DNA from: Fimbriimonadales bacterium
GTDB lineage: Bacteria; Armatimonadota; Fimbriimonadia; Fimbriimonadales; ATM1
Reading direction: 5' to 3'
Assembly (NCBI GenBank): GCA_051003155.1
Contig: JBPCLO010000011.1
Location: 32,001 to 96,000 of the forward strand
DNA: 64,000 nt
Below the pieces are notes generated by a model. The model searched no databases. It was not told the origin of the DNA and saw nothing but the letters and a program-made list of their open reading frames with translations. This document shows, piece by piece, positions 17,830 to 26,762 of this stretch (position 1 is its first letter; the number at the start of each line of letters is the position of its first letter). The position numbers and the translations under genes were made by a program.

Positions 17830-20445
17830 ATGACGGATTCGACGCTTTCCACCCGCTACGACCCGAAGCTGGTGGAGGAAAAGTGGTATGCGCGATGGGA
17901 AGAGGCGGGTCTCTTCGCGCCGAACGGTGCAGGCGACCCGTACTGCATCACGATCCCGCCCCCCAACGTAACGGGAAGCCTCCACATAGGCCACGCACTC
18001 TGCTATGCGGTGCAAGACGTCCTCGGCAGGTGGAAACGCATGCAGGGCTTCGATGTTCTCATCATGCCGGGCATGGACCACGCTGGCATCGCCACCCACA
18101 AGGTCGTGGAGGGCCAACTCAAGCAGGAAGGCCTATCTCGCTGGGACGTCGGCCGCGAGAAATTCGTCGAGCGGGTTTGGAAGTGGAAGGAAGAGTCGGG
18201 AGGGACGATCCTACGCCAGTTCAGGCGGCTCGGCTTCGCATTCGATTGGTCGCGCGAGCGCTTCACCATGGACCCCGCTTATCACGACGCAGTCTTGAAG
18301 GTGTTCGTCGAGTGGTTCGAGCGCGGGCTGATCTACCGCGGCAAGCGGGTTATCAATTGGGACCCTGGCCTGCGAACGAGCGTCAGCGACATCGAGATGT
18401 ACGACGAAGTGCGGCGAGGCAAGCTGTACCATGTCCGGTACCCGTTCGCGGACGGGAGTGGCCACGTCGTCGTTGCGACAACCCGTCCGGAAACGATGCT
18501 CGCAGACGTGGCTGTGGCGGTTAACCCTAAAGACGGGCGTTACACGGGCTTGGCCGGCAAGAAGCTCATACTGCCTTTGGTTCGCGTGGAAATTCCACTG
18601 ATCTCCGACGAGTACCCCGATCCGGAGTTCGGGACCGGGGCGGTGAAGATCACCCCGGCTCATGACCCGAACGACTTCATGGTCGGCCAGCGGATGGGCT
18701 TGGATTTCGACGACCCGAAGCAGGTCCCGGTCTGCATCGGAGAGGACGCAAGAGTCCATTTCCCGGGCTCAGACTATCACGGATTGGACCGTTTCGAGGC
18801 TCGCAAGCGCATCGTGGAAGACCTGGAACAGGAGGGACATCTCGAGAAAATCGAGGACTACGACATTCCGCTCAAGATCAGCGACCGCAGCGGCCAGGTT
18901 ATCGAACCTCTCCTCAGCGAACAATGGTTTTGCAGCATGAAGCCCCTGGCAGCGCCCGCAATCGAAGCCGTAAGGAGCGGAAAGATTAAGTTCACGCCGG
19001 AAAGGTACACCGATGTGTATTTGCGCTGGATGGAGGACATCCGCGACTGGTGCCTCAGTCGCCAACTCTGGTGGGGCCATCGCATCCCAATCTACTACGA
19101 CGAGCACGGCACGGCCTACGCGGCAATGTCTCCGGAAGAGGCAGAGGCGAAGGCTGGCGGCCCGGTTGCGCAAGACCCCGACGTGCTCGACACGTGGTTC
19201 TCGAGCGCGCTTTGGCCGTTCGCTACTCTCGGCTGGCCGGAGCAGACGGCCGACCTCGCCAAGTTCTATCCGACGAACGTTCTCGTTACAGCCCGCGACA
19301 TCATCTACCTTTGGGTAGCGCGCATGATCATGGACGGGCTCGACCAGATGCAGGAGATTCCCTTCCGTGACGTGTATATCTACGCGACCGTGCTCACCGA
19401 GGACGGAAAGCGGATGAGCAAGTCGCTCGGAACCGGACTAGACCCGCTGGAGTACATCGATTCGTTCGGGGCGGACGCGATGCGGTTCTCCCTGCTGGTG
19501 CAGACCGGACACAACCAAGAAATCCGGTTCGGCGAGAAGCGGATCGAAGAAGCGCGGAACTTCTGCAACAAGATCTGGAACGCCTCTCGCTTCGCGCTCA
19601 TGCACATGGGGGGGACTGCCGACTGCGGGCTGCCGACCGCCGATGCGCTCGAAGACCGATGGATTCTGTCACGGCTCCGAGCCTGTGGTGAAGCGGTGCA
19701 TGCCGCGCTCGACGACTACAACATGATGGAGGCTTGTAAGGCGCTCCACGAGTTCTTCTGGTCGGAGTTTTGCGACTGGTACATCGAGCTCGCGAAATCA
19801 CGGCTGGAAAAGGGTGAGGAGACACCTCGCCGAATCATTGCAGCCGCGCTCGATCATTTCTGCCGGTGGATGCACCCGGTTATGCCGCATATCACCGAAG
19901 AAATCTGGCACATGCTGCCTGGGATCGAGCCGGATGGGTTCCTCGAAACCGCCCAGTGGCCGCGAATCGGTTCGGAGTTCGGGGACGCGCGAGCCGAGTC
20001 GGAGATGGGCCGGCACATGGAAGTAATCCGCGCGATCCGAAGCCTTCGTCAAGAAGCCGGCATCACGCCAAAACAGCAGCTACCATCGTTGCACATCGAG
20101 GGCGTCGGCTTCGATATGGATATTATTAGCTCGCAAACCTGGTTCGATTGCATCGTAGCCGGTCCCGCCGATGGCCCGACTGCCGGGACCGTTGCCGAAG
20201 GGCTCATGATCCATTTGCCGCTCACAGGTCTTATCGACAAGGCGAAGGAACTCGACCGGTTGGAGCGCGAAGAGGAGAAGGTTCTCAGGGAACTCGCCGG
20301 AACCATGGCGCGGCTCGATAACCCACAATTCGCCGAGCGCGCAAAGCCGGAAGTTGTCGAGCGCGACCGGCAAGCGGCACGTGAGGCGAATGAGAAGCTG
20401 GAGAGATTGCGCAAGCGCCGAGCAGAGATTGCGGCCCTCCCCTGA
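17830..20445 (+). CDS. valS: Valine--tRNA ligase
   Basis: PPPNVTGSLHIGH, GMDHAGIAT, ATTRPET, SRQLWWGHRIP, RMSKSLG, C-terminal coiled coil. Confidence 0.98.
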   Translation: MTDSTLSTRYDPKLVEEKWYARWEEAGLFAPNGAGDPYCITIPPPNVTGSLHIGHALCYAVQDVLGRWKRMQGFDVLIMPGMDHAGIATHKVVEGQLKQEGLSRWDVGREKFVERVWKWKEESGGTILRQFRRLGFAFDWSRERFTMDPAYHDAVLKVFVEWFERGLIYRGKRVINWDPGLRTSVSDIEMYDEVRRGKLYHVRYPFADGSGHVVVATTRPETMLADVAVAVNPKDGRYTGLAGKKLILPLVRVEIPLISDEYPDPEFGTGAVKITPAHDPNDFMVGQRMGLDFDDPKQVPVCIGEDARVHFPGSDYHGLDRFEARKRIVEDLEQEGHLEKIEDYDIPLKISDRSGQVIEPLLSEQWFCSMKPLAAPAIEAVRSGKIKFTPERYTDVYLRWMEDIRDWCLSRQLWWGHRIPIYYDEHGTAYAAMSPEEAEAKAGGPVAQDPDVLDTWFSSALWPFATLGWPEQTADLAKFYPTNVLVTARDIIYLWVARMIMDGLDQMQEIPFRDVYIYATVLTEDGKRMSKSLGTGLDPLEYIDSFGADAMRFSLLVQTGHNQEIRFGEKRIEEARNFCNKIWNASRFALMHMGGTADCGLPTADALEDRWILSRLRACGEAVHAALDDYNMMEACKALHEFFWSEFCDWYIELAKSRLEKGEETPRRIIAAALDHFCRWMHPVMPHITEEIWHMLPGIEPDGFLETAQWPRIGSEFGDARAESEMGRHMEVIRAIRSLRQEAGITPKQQLPSLHIEGVGFDMDIISSQTWFDCIVAGPADGPTAGTVAEGLMIHLPLTGLIDKAKELDRLEREEEKVLRELAGTMARLDNPQFAERAKPEVVERDRQAAREANEKLERLRKRRAEIAALP
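19614..19643 (+). repeat. Degenerate GACTGCC heptamer array inside valS
   Basis: GACTGCC GACTGCG GGCTGCC GACCGCC GA, encoding TADCGLPTAD. Confidence 0.6.
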
Positions 20446-20451
20446 GCGTAC

Positions 20452-20480
20452 GACTGCCGACTGCCGATGGAGGGCGAACC
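20452..20480 (+). repeat. GACTGCC heptamer array plus GAGGGCGAACC tail downstream of valS
   Basis: (GACTGCC)2-GATG-GAGGGCGAACC; near-identical to 33121-33155. Confidence 0.75.
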
Positions 20481-20623
20481 TTTAGCTAGCCGGAAAAGTT
20501 CAGTCCACCGAAAGTGTACATGGACGAGCCGCACAAGGTGTGTTACTCGACCAAGTTCGCAGCTGCACGTCCAAGGAACCGGACCGTGGCAGTGCCTGAC
20601 TCATGCTCCGCCATAATGGGCCC

Positions 20624-21604
20624 ATGAACCGTTTGGCCGTGGTTTGTGTCGCCACTCTGAATTTCGGATGCTTGCCCGCGAGGGCACAGTTGCCAAAGCT
20701 CGAACCGCCCGAGTACCGAATCGAGCCGTTCACGGTCGAGCACATACGGGGTTACGCCGATCAAGGAGTGGACCTGCTTTCGAATGAGGGCCCCGGCCAC
20801 CGATGGATGTACCGCGCGGTTCATGACCTGCGGATCGATGTCATGGAGTTCTTGTTGGAGCGCGGGCGAAAAGCAAACGATTTGCTTCTCTTTGATCGGA
20901 CTGCCTTGTGGTATGTGGCGTACCACAGCCGGCGTGCGAATGGCGACCCGGTCAATGCGGCCGACCTCTTACTCCGGTACGGCGCCAACATCGATTTCGC
21001 CGAAACGCGGTGGTCGGAGGACACGATCTTGCACGCGGTGGCTCCGCACGGTAGTTCGGAGCTGGCCGCCTACCTAATACGGCGCGGAGCCGATATGGAG
21101 GCCCAGAACGTACGGGGTCAAACGCCGCTTATGAAAGCATGCGAGGATCTCCGGCGGCCCAGTAATCCGGATGACACGGAAAGGGGGCGAAAGCGGAGGG
21201 CGGCAAGGGACTCGCTGATTCGCACGATGGTAGAAGCCGGGTGCGATCCTTTGCGTCCCGGCCAACGCAGTGCAACTCCGCTCCACATCATCGCGTTTGT
21301 CGGCCGCACAGACCTTGCGGACGTCGTGTTCAGGGCCAAGAAGTACGCCGATCTCGTGACCGTGGATGGCCAGACACCGCTGCACGTAGCGACGCTCACG
21401 CGAACGAACTCGGAGATGGTTCGGCTGCTTCTGAAGGCGGGCGCCGACCCGAACCTGCTGGACGTTTCTAACGAGCGCCCTCTGGATATCGCCGAGCGCA
21501 AGAACTTCACCGAGCTGGTTCAGATCTTGCGCCCGGTTACGGGAAGTTTTGCAAACTCCGACTTCGCCGCGGTCAAGATGCTCGACACTTTGCATGATTT
21601 GTGA
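20624..21604 (+). CDS. Exported ankyrin-repeat protein (paralog 1)
   Basis: Signal-like N-terminus; GQTPL/TPLH..LLxxGADPN repeats; similar to paralogs 2 and 3. Confidence 0.88.
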   Translation: MNRLAVVCVATLNFGCLPARAQLPKLEPPEYRIEPFTVEHIRGYADQGVDLLSNEGPGHRWMYRAVHDLRIDVMEFLLERGRKANDLLLFDRTALWYVAYHSRRANGDPVNAADLLLRYGANIDFAETRWSEDTILHAVAPHGSSELAAYLIRRGADMEAQNVRGQTPLMKACEDLRRPSNPDDTERGRKRRAARDSLIRTMVEAGCDPLRPGQRSATPLHIIAFVGRTDLADVVFRAKKYADLVTVDGQTPLHVATLTRTNSEMVRLLLKAGADPNLLDVSNERPLDIAERKNFTELVQILRPVTGSFANSDFAAVKMLDTLHDL

Positions 21605-21816
21605 CCGGAGTGAACCAGCAGGTGTACGTGCTCGGGCATGACAACGTAAGCCCATACCTTGAACCCCAACCTAAGCCTGCCCTCGTCGAGACACTCGAGG
21701 AAGAGCTTCTTCACTGCGTCCTCGTCAAGCAGCGGTTGCCTGCGGCAGCAACTGAACGTAAGTTCGTGCGCGTGCCCCGGTTCGTCGAATGCGCGCCGCC
21801 GCTTTCTCCGCTCCAC
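21545..21816 (-). pseudogene. Truncated REP-associated tyrosine transposase (RAYT, Y1 family)
   Basis: RRAFDEPGHAHELTFSC..RQPLL, WAYVVMPEHVHLLV (HUH motif), SSILTAAKSEFA; the C-terminal half with the catalytic Tyr is absent. Confidence 0.8.
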
Positions 21817-21866
21817 CGGCGAGAGGTTACCGCGCCGGCACCGCCCGCCTTCGCCGACACTCGCAG

Positions 21867-21932
21867 CACGGACGAGCGGTTGTAGGGCCCTCGGCGGGCG
21901 TGGGTTTGGTGTCCCGCTCATCCGTGGCACCC
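21867..21932. repeat. REP-like inverted repeat upstream of the RAYT remnant
   Basis: CACGGACGAGCGG ... CCGCTCATCCGTG (13-bp arms, 1 mismatch) followed by GCACCC. Confidence 0.55.
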
Positions 21933-21999
21933 TGGCTTTCACCATCACTCCGGCCACCCGCCGTTTCTCCCGGATTAGCTGCTCCAGCATAATGTAGCC

Positions 22000-22989
22000 A
22001 TGATCAGGGCGTTGCTGCTAATGGTGGCGTTGGCTGGATGCACTACAACACCGAACTCGCCGGAGCCGCCGCCGCCGCCGCCCCCGCCGACTCCGCCGAC
22101 TCGGCCAAGCAAGCCTCTACCCGCTGAACTGAAGCCTCCTGTGTTTTGGTTCGAGCCATTTACGGTGGATCGCGTCCGTCGGTACGCCGACGAGGGGGTC
22201 GACATTTTGTTGCCCTTGGGTCCCGGCTACTACTGGATGTTTCGAGCTGCCTACGAACTCAAGACTGAAATACTCGAGTATCTGCTTCAAAAGGGACGCA
22301 AACCCAACGAGATCCTTTCTCATAGCGGTACCGCCTTGTGGTGGGTCGCGAATAGCCAGCGATCGAAAGGCGACAAGGTCAAGGCCGCGGCGCTACTGCT
22401 CCGATACGGTGCCGATCCGAATTTCGCCACGGAGCTGGAAGGCGGGCCTCTACACGCCATGCATTATAAAGGGGACGCCGACATGGCCACGTATCTTATC
22501 CATCACGGCGCGCGTACCGAGGCCGTAGATGGCAGCGGCCAAACCCCGCTCTACAAGGGCATGGCCACGCTCAGGCATTACAGAAATGACGATGGCTTTG
22601 CCCGCGCAGGCCGTAATGACGCCGTCATCAAGGCTTTGATCCGTGGAGGCTGTGACCCCCTGAATCCCGGTCCGGCGAAGGCAACGCCGCTTCACATTGC
22701 GGCATTTCTGGGGCGCACCGACCTCGTCGAGCTCATGCTGCAACATGCGCCGTACCGGGAGGTACGCAACGGGGACGTGCAGACCCCTTTGCACGTGGCT
22801 GCGCTCACGGGTTCGAATGCTGAGATGGTTCGGCTTTTGCTTAGCGCCGGGGCCGATCCGAACGTTCTTGACGCTTATGGCGAACGCCCGCTCGAGATCG
22901 CCCTTCGGAAGAACTATCTGGAACTCGTCTCGGTTCTGCTTCCCGCGACATGCTCACAACTGATTTTGCCGTGGCTACGCACACCATAA
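22000..22989 (+). CDS. Ankyrin-repeat lipoprotein (paralog 2)
   Basis: Lipobox LAGC, Pro-rich linker, ankyrin repeats. Confidence 0.9.
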   Translation: MIRALLLMVALAGCTTTPNSPEPPPPPPPPTPPTRPSKPLPAELKPPVFWFEPFTVDRVRRYADEGVDILLPLGPGYYWMFRAAYELKTEILEYLLQKGRKPNEILSHSGTALWWVANSQRSKGDKVKAAALLLRYGADPNFATELEGGPLHAMHYKGDADMATYLIHHGARTEAVDGSGQTPLYKGMATLRHYRNDDGFARAGRNDAVIKALIRGGCDPLNPGPAKATPLHIAAFLGRTDLVELMLQHAPYREVRNGDVQTPLHVAALTGSNAEMVRLLLSAGADPNVLDAYGERPLEIALRKNYLELVSVLLPATCSQLILPWLRTP

Positions 22990-22996
22990 TTGACAA

Positions 22997-23917
22997 ATGA
23001 AAGCGTTGGTCGTGCTGGCAGCGCTGTGCGGATGCGCTGCCTCGAACGAAACGCAGACCCACGCTGAAGGCTTGTCGTTGCCACCCGAGCTCAAGCCTCC
23101 GCTGTACCGCTTCGAGCCGTTTACGCTAGAAGGGGTACGCCGATACGCCGATCAGGGTGTCGATTTGTTGTCTCCGGATGGCCCCGGCACAAAGTGGATG
23201 TATCGTGCTGTTTACGACCTACAGATCGACATCATGGAGTACCTTCTCGAAAAAGGGCGCAAGGCGAACGATCTCATTTTTGCCGAGACTCCTTCGCTCT
23301 GGTGGATTGCTTACCACAGTGGCATTTCCAAGGGCGATCAAACAAGAGCGGTTGAACTCCTACTGCAGCACGGCGCCAACATCGATTTCGCGTCGACGTT
23401 TGAGGAAGGCGACACCCCTTTGCATGCCATCGTCGAGTACGGAAATCCAAAGCTAGCGGCCCTTCTCATCGAACGAGGTGCCGATAAGGAGGCGGTGAAC
23501 GATCGCGGCGAGACTCCGCTGTTCAAGGCCATGGAAATGCTCCGACGGTATAAGTACGATGGCGTAGTCAAAAATGACGCGATGATCAAGTCGCTTATCG
23601 AAGAGGGTTGTGACACAGAGACCGCCTGTCGACGCAATGTCACCCCGCTGCACATCGCAGCTTTCGTCGGTCGCACGGACCTTGCGAAGGCCATGCTGGG
23701 AGCGAAGAAGTACAGCGATGTCGTGACCGTTGATAGGCAGACCCCGCTGCACGTGGCGACGCTCACTCGAACGAATTCGCAAATGGTACGGCTACTTCTG
23801 AAGGCGGGCGCCGACCCGAACCTGCGGGACGTTTCTAACGAGCGCCCTCTGGATATCGCCGAGCGCAAGAACTTCATAGAACTGGTTCAGATCTTGCGCT
23901 CGGTTACGGGCCGGTAG
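22997..23917 (+). CDS. Ankyrin-repeat lipoprotein (paralog 3)
   Basis: Lipobox-like LCGC; GDTPLH/GETPL/TPLH repeats. Confidence 0.9.
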   Translation: MKALVVLAALCGCAASNETQTHAEGLSLPPELKPPLYRFEPFTLEGVRRYADQGVDLLSPDGPGTKWMYRAVYDLQIDIMEYLLEKGRKANDLIFAETPSLWWIAYHSGISKGDQTRAVELLLQHGANIDFASTFEEGDTPLHAIVEYGNPKLAALLIERGADKEAVNDRGETPLFKAMEMLRRYKYDGVVKNDAMIKSLIEEGCDTETACRRNVTPLHIAAFVGRTDLAKAMLGAKKYSDVVTVDRQTPLHVATLTRTNSQMVRLLLKAGADPNLRDVSNERPLDIAERKNFIELVQILRSVTGR

Positions 23918-23918
23918 G

Positions 23919-25346
23919 CTACCGGCCCATGGCTTCGAGGTCGATCTCGGACGCAAGCCGCCGGGAAACTCGGACCCTTAGTCCGAGTTCGCGGCCGATC
24001 TCGCCGGCAACGAACCGATCTTTGGGGTCTACGAGCGCGATGGTTAGCATGCCACCGCCCAGTTTGCGCGGAACGATGCGTAATCTGCGCCAGTACTCCG
24101 CGGGGCGCAGGGCCAAGGCCTCTTCGGATACTTCGCCGGCTACGTGCGTGTAGCTGGAGGTGCGCATGTCGGCGATAGCCTGGCGATCCTCGGCGAAGCT
24201 CGAAAAGGCGCGAGAGGGTTCGCGAAGCGTCACCGCGGACTGGCCGCTCCGCTTCCGAAACAGAGTCCCGCCCTCTTCCGACCAGTATTTGGCGAGGCTT
24301 TTCGCGCGGCGACGTGCTTCGTCGAGTTGCTGGTGGATTCCCTTGAGCAGAGGCTCGTCGGCAAGTGGGTGAGCGAGAACTCTGAGAATGAGCCCTCGGA
24401 GGCTTGTGACGATCTCGGCGGCGGCGTGCGAGGATTGGACATCGAGGGCACCTTCCATAAGCGCTTGCGCTTCAGCAGCGAGCTTCTCCGCGGTTGCCTC
24501 GTGAGAAATGCCGAACGAAGTTGGGAGGACGAACATGGCCGTGCGCGCCTCTTTCTCGCCAGGCAACCGATACTCGACCGTGAGCCCACCCGAAAGGTCG
24601 GAAATTTCCAAGACGGTAGATCGCGTTTCGCCCGCGAACACCGTGCCGAGTTCCTTTGAAATGCCGCTAGCGGTGACGCTAACTTCCAAGAGCGAAACCG
24701 CACCGATCGCGAACCGCTCCTGGGCAAGAGCCTCGAGGATAGCATCGGCGGTGTGCGCGAAGTAGTGTCCGCCGCCGCCTTCCTTCGCCATCTTGGACAT
24801 GAGCCGCTCGTCGTAATCCATTCCGATACCGACGGTGGTGGTGTGGACTCGAGACCTGCGGCGCGCGGCTTTGGCCTTGGCGGCGACGGAGTGCGCGTCG
24901 GTGTACCTGCCCACGTTGGCCAGGCCGTCCGAGAGGAGCACCACGTATCCGTCCTCGCCGACGCGGTCGACGCCTTCTTTCCAGCCCCCATAGAGGTTCG
25001 TGGACCCGCCTGTCTCGAGGCTTCGAAGCCTGCGAGCAAGTTCAGCGCTGGGCTGCTTCAGGCCCGAAATTGTGTCGACGCCATCATCGTAAACGACCGC
25101 GGCGACCCGGTCTTGCTCGCCGAGTGTCTCGACAAACCGGGCTGCGGCTTCTCGTGCGACCGACAACTTCTCGCCCGCCATCGAGCCGCTCCTGTCGATC
25201 ACGAGGGAGACACTCAGCGGAGCCTCCTCGGCTTCCTCGCGGGATTCGCTGCCGGTAATGCGCACGAGCAGCAATCGCTCTCCTTCCGCCTCGTGTGCGG
25301 TTAGTTCGAGGCTGAATGCCTCCTGGCTATGTTTGATACGGTTCAT
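23919..25346 (-). CDS. vWA domain protein with C-terminal GspE/PilB N-terminal-like domain
   Basis: MIDAS DRSGS, GGSTNL, LLSDGLAN; C-terminus RRLRIVP...LTIALVDPKD...IGRELGLRV. Confidence 0.8.
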   Translation of the reverse strand: MNRIKHSQEAFSLELTAHEAEGERLLLVRITGSESREEAEEAPLSVSLVIDRSGSMAGEKLSVAREAAARFVETLGEQDRVAAVVYDDGVDTISGLKQPSAELARRLRSLETGGSTNLYGGWKEGVDRVGEDGYVVLLSDGLANVGRYTDAHSVAAKAKAARRRSRVHTTTVGIGMDYDERLMSKMAKEGGGGHYFAHTADAILEALAQERFAIGAVSLLEVSVTASGISKELGTVFAGETRSTVLEISDLSGGLTVEYRLPGEKEARTAMFVLPTSFGISHEATAEKLAAEAQALMEGALDVQSSHAAAEIVTSLRGLILRVLAHPLADEPLLKGIHQQLDEARRRAKSLAKYWSEEGGTLFRKRSGQSAVTLREPSRAFSSFAEDRQAIADMRTSSYTHVAGEVSEEALALRPAEYWRRLRIVPRKLGGGMLTIALVDPKDRFVAGEIGRELGLRVRVSRRLASEIDLEAMGR

Positions 25347-25364
25347 ACGTCACCTTCCTATGGT

Positions 25365-25396
25365 GACAGTGTACCGTAACTGTCGTCTTATGTCAA
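25365..25396 (-). promoter_or_regulatory. Promoter of the vWA gene with overlapping palindromic operator
   Basis: Minus strand TTGACA-17-TACACT; GACAGT-N8-ACTGTC at 25365-25384. Confidence 0.65.
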
Positions 25397-25860
25397 GTGC
25401 TGTCGCGTAAAAGTCGTTCTATTTGTTCTACGGCCCGTCGAAGCTCCGCTTCCTGATCGTCGCCGGAGACGGTTAGCGTTGCGCGTCGAGTCAGGCGATA
25501 CTGGCGCACGACTTCGCCGGCAGATCTGGGCTTCGAATGGAAATACGGACTCGTAGGCTCGGAGAGCGGCAGCGTGGACTCGGCGCTCGGCGATTGGCGG
25601 ACTCGTACTTCGTCGAGGCGCATGCCTTGGTCCTGCATGCGCTTCGCATCGACGATCAGGCGTAGATGCTCGAACGTGTAGCGCGAGTACTTTGGCGGAC
25701 CCTCAGGCGGCGGAATGAGGCCTTCGGACACGTAGTACCGAAGCGTTCGCCGTGTGAAGACGGGCGTCCGATCTCGCTGGCCGAGAACCGTGTTCACTGC
25801 CTCGACGAGTTCGTCCGGCGAGAAGGGGCCGAGGTTCGCGTAATCCTCCAACTCGGGCAT
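25393..25860 (-). CDS. MerR-family HTH transcriptional regulator
   Basis: TRRTLRYYVSEGLIPPP....SRYTFEHL..LIV..KRMQDQGMRLDEV. Confidence 0.85.
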   Translation of the reverse strand: MPELEDYANLGPFSPDELVEAVNTVLGQRDRTPVFTRRTLRYYVSEGLIPPPEGPPKYSRYTFEHLRLIVDAKRMQDQGMRLDEVRVRQSPSAESTLPLSEPTSPYFHSKPRSAGEVVRQYRLTRRATLTVSGDDQEAELRRAVEQIERLLRDST

Positions 25861-25876
25861 AGAGCGCAGTTTACTC

Positions 25877-25896
25877 GACAGTTAGTGGACACTGGC
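25877..25896. promoter_or_regulatory. Second copy of the putative operator, upstream of the merR-like gene
   Basis: GACAGT-N8-ACTGGC, adjacent to the -10 TAAACT. Confidence 0.55.
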
Positions 25897-26012
25897 CCAA
25901 TGACCGGGCGCGCGCGGATCGCCAGCGTTAACCGAAAACAGCGCCTTGGACACCGCAACTCCCGTTGAGCTTTTTGCCACAACCGACGGGATTCGAGCAC
26001 GGCTTCATAATC

Positions 26013-26657
26013 CTAATGCCTCTTATGGGGACGCATTGCTTGCAGATCCACCCGGGGCCGATCGGGAATCAACCGTGATTTCCGCGTTGCAACAACAAGA
26101 TGCTCTCGGAGAATTCTTCGCCTGCATTCTTTGGTGTCGAGATTCACATCGTAGAAGGCCGTATATCCATCGCCAGCGTCGGACCCATTGAACTTGATCA
26201 GCAACATTCTTTCCGGCGTTACGATTAGGTATACGCCCGGCGTCGCCGTGCTCTGACCCGGGTGATACTTCACCAAATGGGGGTCGTAGCAATCCGCCCA
26301 CATGTCACGTGGAAGAGTATAAGAGTCCCCGTTTATCTTAATAGTAAAGCTGGCCAGCTCCGTTGTGGCGAGGCCACCACCTTGCCCACCCCACGCGTAC
26401 TGGCCATCGATATAGGTTTTTTCACGCCGTGCGCTCGATGAAACTGTAATAGACTTGCCCGACCGGTTAAAAGGCGCCGTCTTTAGGACAGCTGCGTAAT
26501 CGCCAAGTTCCCAAACGAACAGCTCTCTCTGTTCGGTGCTTGCGCGACCGGTGTTACTGCTGCGCTTGGTTCCGTCAACGCCATTCTTCGTCGGCTCCAG
26601 GGTCGAACAACCAAAGCAAATGATCGCCGCGACTACCAGAATCATGAATTTAGCCAA
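26013..26657 (-). CDS. Hypothetical lipoprotein
   Basis: AGGAG RBS, TTG start, lipobox-like CFGC; KFNGSDAGDGY motif. Confidence 0.7.
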   Translation of the reverse strand: MAKFMILVVAAIICFGCSTLEPTKNGVDGTKRSSNTGRASTEQRELFVWELGDYAAVLKTAPFNRSGKSITVSSSARREKTYIDGQYAWGGQGGGLATTELASFTIKINGDSYTLPRDMWADCYDPHLVKYHPGQSTATPGVYLIVTPERMLLIKFNGSDAGDGYTAFYDVNLDTKECRRRILREHLVVATRKSRLIPDRPRVDLQAMRPHKRH

Positions 26658-26762
26658 TTGCTGTCTCCTATGTATAGTTAACCGTTAGCGGTATCTTCTC
26701 ACAGTCATATTTTTTGCCCAGTACATGCAACTTCGAAAATTGCGTGAACGGCAGGAGCGGTT

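Noticed and set aside
22060..22105. CCG-rich tandem repeat
   Set aside because: Simply encodes a proline linker
21428..23910. DGR template/variable repeat pair in the ankyrin genes
   Set aside because: Mismatches are not adenine-specific, both copies are coding, and no reverse transcriptase is in the window
25980..26000. tRNA T-arm-like GCTCGAATCCCG on the minus strand
   Set aside because: No cloverleaf or acceptor stem around it
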